Of a DNA stretch of 64,000 bases, positions 48,659-56,448 are shown in pieces. The notes beneath the pieces are model-generated. The model was not told the origin of the DNA. It saw only the letters and a program-made list of their open reading frames with translations, and ran no database searches. Source of the stretch: a bacterium (lineage in GTDB: Bacteria; Cyanobacteriota; Vampirovibrionia; Gastranaerophilales; JBAXKC01); NCBI GenBank assembly GCA_037137535.1, contig JBAXKC010000009.1, positions 26,871 to 90,870 on the forward strand. The letters run 5' to 3'. Positions within the stretch are counted from its first letter, which is position 1. Each line of letters starts with the position of its first letter. Both the position numbers and the translations under genes were made by a program.

Positions 48659-49183
48659 ATGGCTTTTGCTTACAGACTACAAAAAGTAATAAATCACAGA
48701 GAGCAAAAAAGGGAAGAACAGCGAGAAGTAGTTAAAAAAGCTGAGGCAGAAGTAAAACGCATTCAAACAGAAATTGACGATACTAAAAATCAGATTTCTG
48801 AATTAAGAAAAAAAATGTACACCTATCACCATACAATGATGGAAAGTTTTGATATTTTTATAAAACACTTAAGAGAAGAACTCGACAGATTAGAAAATCA
48901 AAAGATGATAGCAACACAAAGAGTTATTGAAGAGAAAGAAAAATTGGCAGAATGTGAAAAAGCAGTTAAAGTTCTCGAAAAACATAAAGAAAAATGCCAT
49001 GAAATCTATCTCGAAGAAGAAAAACAAGCAGAAATGCGAGCCCTAGACGAAGTAGCAGGGCTAAAACACTTTGCGAAGATGCGACTTAAACAACAAGAAG
49101 ATATGGACGATGAAGCAAAAGAAGAAGCCGAAAAATTGCTTGAATATATTGAAGGATTAGAACTAAATGAATTTGGACATTAA
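48659..49183 (+). CDS. FliJ-like flagellar export protein
   Basis: FAYRLQKV start, coiled coil, VLEKHKEK...E...LDE. Confidence 0.75.
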   Translation: MAFAYRLQKVINHREQKREEQREVVKKAEAEVKRIQTEIDDTKNQISELRKKMYTYHHTMMESFDIFIKHLREELDRLENQKMIATQRVIEEKEKLAECEKAVKVLEKHKEKCHEIYLEEEKQAEMRALDEVAGLKHFAKMRLKQQEDMDDEAKEEAEKLLEYIEGLELNEFGH

Positions 49184-49976
49184 AAAAAGCTTTAATATAG
49201 TTTCAGGGTTGATAAATAAACTCACTGATCATGGAAAAAGCAATGAGAAAGGGGATTTTTCTTTGTCATTAAATTTTGCTGACTTTATAAATGATAATGA
49301 CACCCAAAAAGATCTGGCAATGATGAATTCATATAAAAGTGAGCCTAAAGCTAAAGTTGAGGAAGCACCTAAGCCTGTTGAGAAAACAGAAAAACCCAAA
49401 ACAGCTTCCAGCTTACTTAAAGAGATTGAAAAACTTAAAGAACAGCAACAAGAAGAAAATAAAATAAAACCACCTCAACCTGATATTTATAATTTTGAAA
49501 TAGAAAAAAGCTTTGATCTGGAAAAAAATAACTTATCCGACAAAGATTTGGACTTTTTCAATTTTATAGTTCAAAATCCTAATATTACAATTATGGATAT
49601 GAGTAAACAATTTAATAATGTAAACTTTATTGTTAATAATCAGTCTGGAAACATATCCTATAAAAGTTTTGACTTTTCAAAAAGTCTTTCTAGCCTTATA
49701 GAATATGCGTTTACAAAACAAAAACCCGTAAGGCTTGATTTTGAAGGACAATCTTCCGTCATTATAAAAATTGACAAAGAAGGCAAACTCACCGCAGAAT
49801 TTATGTCAGCAGATAAAGCAATGGAACAGATTTTAAGAAACACCATACCAAATTTAAAAAGCAAGTTTGAAGCTGAAGGCTTACCATATAAGGACATATC
49901 GTATAAAGACAACTCAAGTAACCGACAAAAAAGTCGAAAAGAGCAAGATGAAGAAAATAATAATGAAGAATCTTAA
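49167..49976 (+). CDS. FliK-like hook-length control protein (short)
   Basis: Disordered N-half; C-terminal pattern (LTAEF...LRNTIPNLKSKFEAEGL) typical of FliK-C; lies between FliJ-like and hook-like genes. Confidence 0.55.
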   Translation: MNLDIKKSFNIVSGLINKLTDHGKSNEKGDFSLSLNFADFINDNDTQKDLAMMNSYKSEPKAKVEEAPKPVEKTEKPKTASSLLKEIEKLKEQQQEENKIKPPQPDIYNFEIEKSFDLEKNNLSDKDLDFFNFIVQNPNITIMDMSKQFNNVNFIVNNQSGNISYKSFDFSKSLSSLIEYAFTKQKPVRLDFEGQSSVIIKIDKEGKLTAEFMSADKAMEQILRNTIPNLKSKFEAEGLPYKDISYKDNSSNRQKSRKEQDEENNNEES

Positions 49977-49999
49977 ATATATAAACGGAGGAAATCCAA

Positions 50000-50833
50000 A
50001 TGAATGACTCATTTATAACGGCGATAAATACGCAAAAAACAACTATGGACTGGATGAATTTAATCATCACAAACATGTCCAGCATTTATCTTCCGGGATT
50101 TAAAGAATATAAAGGCAGCTTTCACACCTTTTTAGGCGGCGTTTCGCTTGATGACCTTAATAGAAAAATGGATCAGGGTAAAGCTCAACCAGGGACTTCA
50201 GGTGAAAATATTTATCTTGAAGGAAAAGGATTTTTTGCTGCAAAAAGAGCTGACGGCAAAATATTATATACTCGCAGAGGTGAATTTACCTTTGATGGAG
50301 AAGGTGTTTATAAAACACCCGAAGGCTTTCCCGTACAAGGTTATATTTTAAACGATAACGGTGAAGTAATGGGAACACCAGCCGTTCAAAAATCCGATCC
50401 ACATACAGCAAACGCAAGCGAAGGCGGCCCAGGAATGATGGCGACAACAGATATTAAACTCTGGACAGACCCATCAAACGGAAAATATCTTGGAAAATAT
50501 GACGAATTTGAATTCAAGGCAGATGGTATTCTTTACGGTAAAGCAGATAAAGGTAAAATAGTAGTGCCTTTATATAAAGTTGCAGTAGTTAATTTTCCAA
50601 ATTCAAGTGCAATGATTGAAGCTGTTGACGGTTATTACATTGAAAGCAAAGACTCTGGAAAACCTGTTGCAGGTAGCGGTGAAGTCCGAAGCGGTCTTAT
50701 AGAGATGTCAAATGCTGATTTAAGAGCAAATATTTATTATCTCCAACAGGCAAAACTTCAACTTGAAATGACAAATAAACTTATAAGTACCAATAAACAG
50801 CTTCTTGAAGAAGCAATGAGATTATTACAATAA
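50000..50833 (+). CDS. Flagellar hook/basal-body rod family protein (FlgE/F/G-like, divergent)
   Basis: PGFK, EGKGFF, YTRRGEFTFD.EG, G..VQG, GLIEMSNAD; GGAGG RBS. Confidence 0.85.
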   Translation: MNDSFITAINTQKTTMDWMNLIITNMSSIYLPGFKEYKGSFHTFLGGVSLDDLNRKMDQGKAQPGTSGENIYLEGKGFFAAKRADGKILYTRRGEFTFDGEGVYKTPEGFPVQGYILNDNGEVMGTPAVQKSDPHTANASEGGPGMMATTDIKLWTDPSNGKYLGKYDEFEFKADGILYGKADKGKIVVPLYKVAVVNFPNSSAMIEAVDGYYIESKDSGKPVAGSGEVRSGLIEMSNADLRANIYYLQQAKLQLEMTNKLISTNKQLLEEAMRLLQ

Positions 50834-50866
50834 AAAATGGTGGGAATTTACTCCCACCATTTTTTT
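50832..50866. terminator. Bidirectional terminator
   Basis: AAAAAATGGTGGGA-loop-TCCCACCATTTTTT. Confidence 0.8.
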
Positions 50867-50874
50867 ATTAATTT

Positions 50875-52266
50875 TTAGTCATCATAATCGACTACATATT
50901 CATTATAAGGATAATCCTGTCTGGCAATAATTTTCTGTTCTTTAGCTATAGGAAGATTTGACTGAAGTTCAGCTTCAATCTTTTGTTTTCCAAAATTAAT
51001 TGCTATTGGTGGATCATTCTCTAATAGAGCTTCGTTAGGATTTTCGATTCCTGTGCCTTCATATAAACTTTTATAAAGATCATCAACGCTATCAGTTTTT
51101 TGTAAAACTTCTTTTTCTACAGCTTGCTCTGCTGATTTAGATTTAGTCAACTTTGAGCTTAAATCAATTTGCAGCTTTTTCCCTTTATTGTTAATAAAAG
51201 CTTTACCGTCTTTTTGCTCAATAACAGGAGCGACAGACAAGTTCTTAACCTCTTCAGTAAATTTAGGACTGATATCTACTTTCTCTACTAAAGGACGCTC
51301 TACATCCAATGGAAGAATAGTTTTAGTCGAAATAGAACTTGATTTACTAGAAAAATTCGAAGGAATGCTATTAAGTATTTCTTCTGTATTTGGTTGTTTT
51401 ATGTTAAAGGTAAATTCTTTTTTACCTGACTTTTCTGTACCTACTGTAATAGTCTTTTTATCCTTAAGAATATCCATTGTTATTTGATGATTGGTTTCAT
51501 AATTTATCGGTGGCTCTATCTTTTCTAATGGCACTTGTGAGTTTACTTCAACATTTGGTTTTGTATTTTCTATTAAAGTTAATGATTTAACTTCATTATT
51601 TGGTTTAATTTCCGTTGACTCTAAATTATTTACTACAACTTCTGATTTATTCTCAAGATTTGTATTTGACGTTATATTTTCTCCTAGAATTTCTGATTTG
51701 TTCTCAAGATTTGCATTTGGCGTTATATTTTCTCCTAGAATTTCTGATTTATTCTCAAGATTTGCATTTGACGATATATTTTCTCCTGCAATTTCTGATT
51801 TATTCTCAAGATTTGCATTTGGCGTTATATTTTCTCCTAGAATTTCTGATTTGTTCTCAAGATTTGCACTTGGCGTTATATTTTCTCCTAGAATTTCTGA
51901 TTTATTCTCAAGATTTGTTGTTGTCTCTAAGTTCTTAGGGGCACCTTCTCTTTTAAATAAATTCTCAACCTTTGTGCATAAATCGTCAATAAAACCGACA
52001 TTTTCTCTTAACGCCCTTCTAGCTTGAGGAATACCAAAAGAAAGCCCTAAAATTAAAGCTGTGCTACCTGCACCAACAGCAACTGCTTTATTTATCTTTA
52101 CTCCGCCAATTTCAACAGTATCTTTATCAACACCTTGCTTCATCTTTGGGGAATCTTTAGAGACTTGTTTATCGGTATTTTGTTTTACTTCTTCAGAGTT
52201 AAGTGTTTTTTTGTTTGCTTGCGATTGAATTTGTTGTTCACCAAACCCCAATTTAAAGCTAACCAT
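50875..52266 (-). CDS. Hypothetical protein with one hydrophobic segment and 17-aa tandem repeats
   Basis: AGGAG RBS; hydrophobic AVAVGAGSTALILGLSFG; NLENKSEILGENITPNA repeats. Confidence 0.75.
   Translation of the reverse strand: MVSFKLGFGEQQIQSQANKKTLNSEEVKQNTDKQVSKDSPKMKQGVDKDTVEIGGVKINKAVAVGAGSTALILGLSFGIPQARRALRENVGFIDDLCTKVENLFKREGAPKNLETTTNLENKSEILGENITPSANLENKSEILGENITPNANLENKSEIAGENISSNANLENKSEILGENITPNANLENKSEILGENITSNTNLENKSEVVVNNLESTEIKPNNEVKSLTLIENTKPNVEVNSQVPLEKIEPPINYETNHQITMDILKDKKTITVGTEKSGKKEFTFNIKQPNTEEILNSIPSNFSSKSSSISTKTILPLDVERPLVEKVDISPKFTEEVKNLSVAPVIEQKDGKAFINNKGKKLQIDLSSKLTKSKSAEQAVEKEVLQKTDSVDDLYKSLYEGTGIENPNEALLENDPPIAINFGKQKIEAELQSNLPIAKEQKIIARQDYPYNEYVVDYDD
51640..51916 (-). 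repeat. In-frame 51-bp tandem repeat, 5 full copies plus a partial
   Basis: TTCTGATTTRTTCTCAAGATTT recurs at 51640, 51691, 51742, 51793, 51844, 51895. Confidence 0.95.
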
Positions 52267-52385
52267 AATTTATTTCTCCTGCATACTTAAACATAGACTT
52301 TGATTTTACATTTGCCATATTAATAATAAAACCTGAAAACATGTAAAATTGCTAGCATACCCATGATTTTTACTGTTTTAAATAC

Positions 52386-52418
52386 TATAAAAGAGTGGAA
52401 ATGATCCACTCTTTTATA
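52386..52418 (-). terminator. Terminator after pgi
   Basis: TATAAAAGAGTGGA-N5-TCCACTCTTTTATA. Confidence 0.8.
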
Positions 52419-52434
52419 AACATGATTATAGAAA

Positions 52435-53817
52435 CTAAACGCTCATTTTTTCTTTTAAGGTGACGGCTGTAGTTTCATAGCCTTTTCTTCCCATTAAAGC
52501 GTATGTGTAATTTTTAGCTTGCTCAACACCAGGTTGATTAAAAGCATCAATTCCATATAAACCGCCTGCAAAAGCTGTTTGAACTTCTAACATATAAAGA
52601 AGTTGAGCTAAATAATACTCATTAACTTTAGGAACTGTAATAGTTACGTTCGGTCTGTTAAAGTCATTAAGGGCAACTTTTGTTGAATCAGCTTCAGCGT
52701 TCATAAGGTCATTGATTGTTTTTCCGCCTAAGTATGAAATTCCTGTATTTTGGAAAATGTTAGGAATTTTAAGCTCAGTATCAAACTCACCAACTCTGAT
52801 GAAAGTAATAATTTTATCGTTAGGACCTTCATTATAAAGTTGAATTTGTGAGTGTTGATCTGTAGCACCAACAGCTTTAACAGGAGTTGGACCTACATTT
52901 ACTTTATTACCTTGAAGATCTTCTTCTTTTCCTAATGATTCGCCCCAAAGTTGAACAAACCAGTCAGAAACAAATCTTAATCTGCTTGAATAAGGCATCA
53001 TTACAGAAATATTTTTACCTTGCTTATCCATTAAATATTGGATTAAAGCACCTTGTGCAGCTAAATTCTCTTTAATATCAGTATTTTGTAATTTAGCATC
53101 CATATCTCTGACTCCTCTTAGAAGTTCAGCAATATCAATACCTACAAGAGCAAAAGGAAGAAGTCCTACTGCACAGAATACTGAGAATCTTCCGCCGACA
53201 TCATCAGGAACGATGAAAGCTCTGTAACCTTCTTCGTCTGTGATTTGTCTTAAAATACCTTTAGCTTGATCAGTAATAGCTACAACGTGATTTTTATAAT
53301 CAGCGCCAAGTTCTTGCTCAAGTCTGTCTTTTACGATCATGAACTGGGACATTGTTTCAGCAGTGCTGCCTGATTTTGTAATAACTAAAACTAAAGTTTC
53401 TTTAAGATTTACAAAGTTCAAGAAACCGTTAATATAATCAGGATCAATGTTATCAAGAACGAAAAGTCTAGGATTTCCGTTTCTTTGTTCTTTATCAAGC
53501 ATATTCCAGAAAGGCTTTAAAATAGCTTCTGAAACAGCAATAGGACCAAGTGAAGAACCACCGATACCAAGAACAACAACATTTTCAAATTTGCCTTTTA
53601 CGCTGGCAGCAAATTCGTTGATTTCTTTAACTAACTCTTCTTTGTAGCCAAGGTTCATCCATTGTAACCATCTGCCGTCTGTAGATCTGTTAGCATAAAC
53701 TTCTTCAACGATTTGAGCCATTTTTTCTCTATAGTTTTCAAATTCTTTTTCAACGTTAAGACCGTGCTCGTTTCCTACGATAGCGCAATCTGCGTTATTC
53801 CAGTTAAAATTTAACAT
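52435..53817 (-). CDS. pgi: Glucose-6-phosphate isomerase
   Basis: GIGGSSLG, TKSGSTAET, VGGRFSV, QLWGESLGK, DQHS, FNQPGVE. Confidence 0.97.
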   Translation of the reverse strand: MLNFNWNNADCAIVGNEHGLNVEKEFENYREKMAQIVEEVYANRSTDGRWLQWMNLGYKEELVKEINEFAASVKGKFENVVVLGIGGSSLGPIAVSEAILKPFWNMLDKEQRNGNPRLFVLDNIDPDYINGFLNFVNLKETLVLVITKSGSTAETMSQFMIVKDRLEQELGADYKNHVVAITDQAKGILRQITDEEGYRAFIVPDDVGGRFSVFCAVGLLPFALVGIDIAELLRGVRDMDAKLQNTDIKENLAAQGALIQYLMDKQGKNISVMMPYSSRLRFVSDWFVQLWGESLGKEEDLQGNKVNVGPTPVKAVGATDQHSQIQLYNEGPNDKIITFIRVGEFDTELKIPNIFQNTGISYLGGKTINDLMNAEADSTKVALNDFNRPNVTITVPKVNEYYLAQLLYMLEVQTAFAGGLYGIDAFNQPGVEQAKNYTYALMGRKGYETTAVTLKEKMSV

Positions 53818-53920
53818 TTAATGCTCCCTTTGCAAAAAATAATAGTGTATACTATCAATTTTATTTGCTCATAATAAAATTGATAGTGTTCGTAAATAAA
53901 CGTAACCATTTTAACTTATT

Positions 53921-54313
53921 TTATTCACTTATTATAGCTTCAGCTTCAATTTCTACGAGCCATTCAGAGCTTATAAACCTTGAAACCTCCATAAATATTG
54001 TCGCTGGCTTTATATCAGAGAAATATTTACCATGAACCACTCCAGCTTTTTCCCAATCTTCAACATTTGTCATAAAAATTCTAGTTTTAACAACATCAGA
54101 AAGAGAAGCGCCTGCTTGTTCAAGTGCAGCTTTTATTATTTCAAGACATCTTTCTGTTTGAACCGCTACATCATTAATTCCTGCAGTTTTCCCATCTTCA
54201 CCGATAGGAGCAGTTCCTGCAACAGTAATAATATTACCTACTTTCACTGCTCTTGAAAAACCGATTGAGTTTTCATATTTTGAACCAGATAAATAATTAG
54301 TTCTGTTTTTCAT
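53921..54313 (-). CDS. RidA/YjgF family protein
   Basis: GFSRAVKVG, VAGT, DVVKTRI, LVEIEAEA. Confidence 0.9.
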   Translation of the reverse strand: MKNRTNYLSGSKYENSIGFSRAVKVGNIITVAGTAPIGEDGKTAGINDVAVQTERCLEIIKAALEQAGASLSDVVKTRIFMTNVEDWEKAGVVHGKYFSDIKPATIFMEVSRFISSEWLVEIEAEAIISE

Positions 54314-54390
54314 CCTTAATTCCTCTATAAAAATAATTTATAAAACTTCATGCTTATATTATTAGCTATTGAAAGTCCATCTCTCATAAA

Positions 54391-54424
54391 GAAAAAGCCA
54401 TTCTCTAAAGCGAATGACTTTTTC
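54391..54424 (-). terminator. Terminator after metK
   Basis: GAAAAAGCCATTC-loop-GAATGACTTTTTC. Confidence 0.65.
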
Positions 54425-54445
54425 AAATTAGTATTTTAAAAGAAA

Positions 54446-55717
54446 TTATACGTTAGCTAATTTTTTTTTACTAACAATAGCTTTAAGTTCTTCAACTCTG
54501 TTTGTTTCTTCCCATGGCACATTGATATCTGTTCTACCAAAGTGACCATAAGCTGCTAAATGTCTGTAGAATGATCCACCATTTTTAGCAGGAAGATTTC
54601 TTAAATCAAAGGTTTTGATAATAGCAGCAGGTCTAAGGTCGAAGTTTTCTTCAACAATTGCGCTGATATCATCATCAGAAATGATTCCTGTTCCAAAAGT
54701 TTCAACAAGAGTAGAAACCGGTTGAGCTTTACCGATAGCATAAGCAAGTTCAACTTCACATTTTTTAGCTAATCCAGCTGCTACAATGTTTTTAGCGATG
54801 TGTCTTGCTGCATAAGCTGCACTTCTGTCAACTTTTGTAGGATCTTTTCCGCTGAAAGCACCGCCACCATGTCTTGAATAGCCACCGTATGTATCAACGA
54901 TGATTTTTCTTCCTGTTAAACCGGCATCACCTTGTGGTCCACCAACAACAAATCTGCCTGACGGATTGATCCAATATTTTGTTGATTCATCAGGTTGAAT
55001 TTTTTCATTGGCAAATACAAAGTCAATAACGTGTTTTCTAAGGTCTTCTGCAATAATTTGTTGAACTTTATCATTACATGTTTCGCCGTTGATAGCTTCA
55101 TCATGCTGTGTTGAAATAACGATAGTATCAATTCTTGCAGGAACTCCATCAACATAACCGACAGTTACTTGAGTTTTACCGTCAGGTCTTAAATATGAAA
55201 GAGTTTCATCTTTTCTCACTGCCGCAAGTCTTAAAGCTAGTCTGTGAGCTAAACTGATTGGTAATGGCATAAGTTCTGGTGTTTCATCACATGCAAAACC
55301 GAACATAATACCTTGATCGCCTGCTCCTATATCGTTAGAAGTATCTTCGTTTACTTTTGGAAGACCTCTTGTTTCGATAGCTACGTTTACTCCACCTGCG
55401 ATATCAGGTGATTGCTCGTCAATGCTGGTTAAAACAGCACATGTATTAGCATCAAATCCACCGCCTGATGTTCCTTCATAACCGATTTGTTTAATTGTGT
55501 TTCTAACTACACCAGGAATATCTACATATCCTTCTGCTGTAATTTCTCCGCAAACAAGAACCATTCCAGTTGTAACGGTTGTTTCAGCAGCTACTCTTGC
55601 ACTTGAATCTTGTGTAAGAAACGCATCAAGAATTGCATCAGAAATTTGATCGCATACTTTATCAGGGTGTCCTTCTGTTACAGATTCGGAAGTAAATAAA
55701 AATCTTTTAGATCCCAT
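54446..55717 (-). CDS. metK: S-adenosylmethionine synthetase
   Basis: [50 protein letters not shown]. Confidence 0.98.
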   Translation of the reverse strand: MGSKRFLFTSESVTEGHPDKVCDQISDAILDAFLTQDSSARVAAETTVTTGMVLVCGEITAEGYVDIPGVVRNTIKQIGYEGTSGGGFDANTCAVLTSIDEQSPDIAGGVNVAIETRGLPKVNEDTSNDIGAGDQGIMFGFACDETPELMPLPISLAHRLALRLAAVRKDETLSYLRPDGKTQVTVGYVDGVPARIDTIVISTQHDEAINGETCNDKVQQIIAEDLRKHVIDFVFANEKIQPDESTKYWINPSGRFVVGGPQGDAGLTGRKIIVDTYGGYSRHGGGAFSGKDPTKVDRSAAYAARHIAKNIVAAGLAKKCEVELAYAIGKAQPVSTLVETFGTGIISDDDISAIVEENFDLRPAAIIKTFDLRNLPAKNGGSFYRHLAAYGHFGRTDINVPWEETNRVEELKAIVSKKKLANV

Positions 55718-55808
55718 TTTCTTTATCTCCTTGCATAAAAAATAACCTCAATACACTTATCGTTGTGTTGAGATTAATGTTGGTATTATAAGTATAATCT
55801 TATTTTAC

Positions 55809-55914
55809 CAACTTATCTCTCAGGCGTATGCCTGCTGGATTTAGCACCTTGAAATAAAATTTCAGGTTGCCGGGCTTCATCGGGCCAATCCCTCCACCGG
55901 CTCTAGATAAGTTG
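55809..55914 (-). ncRNA. SAM-I (S-box) riboswitch
   Basis: CUUAUC-UAGAG...GGUGGAGGGA..GGCCCGAUGAA...GGCAACC...GGUGCUAAAUCC...GAGAUAAG; upstream of metK; imperfect terminator at about 55772-55734. Confidence 0.95.
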
Positions 55915-56004
55915 TACTAATTTGGATTTTAAGATGAATTTCTTGCAGTGTCAAGTTATTAGAACTTGTTTATAATTATTCTAAATAAATCTTAACATGC
56001 TATA

Positions 56005-56337
56005 TTATTTAATATTATACTCTTTTAAGGTCTCTAAAATTCCATCGATTAAGTTTTTATAATCTTGTTCGGGCAATGTAGCTATTATGTTCATTGTGCT
56101 TAATAATGCAGCGTTTGAATCGTACCATCTTCTTTTATTTGAGGCTTGATACATTCCTAAAACCCTTTCTTTTCCGATACTTATCGGAGTTTCCTCAGGC
56201 GAACGGTTTTTTCGGTATAGGTTTACGAAGTTTATAATCATTTTAGAAAGTTCGTCTTGGATTTCTAAAGGAATTTTATTTAATAATCCCAACAGTTGAT
56301 TTGTTTTCGGATTTGAATCGTACCATCTGTTATTCAT
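56005..56337 (-). CDS. Hypothetical protein with duplicated RWYDSN module
   Basis: AAGGA RBS; NRWYDSN and RRWYDSN 66 aa apart. Confidence 0.75.
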   Translation of the reverse strand: MNNRWYDSNPKTNQLLGLLNKIPLEIQDELSKMIINFVNLYRKNRSPEETPISIGKERVLGMYQASNKRRWYDSNAALLSTMNIIATLPEQDYKNLIDGILETLKEYNIK

Positions 56338-56448
56338 TTTATTCGATATCCTTAATATGTATGTTTTTTGATTTTAATTTAATTATTATAATTGAATTTT
56401 ATTACTATTAACATTAATTTATTCAAATGGCAGAAGTGGGGTTAGATT

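Noticed and set aside
51640-51916. Possible CRISPR array
   Set aside because: Units are contiguous near-identical 51-mers without unique spacers, in frame inside a CDS
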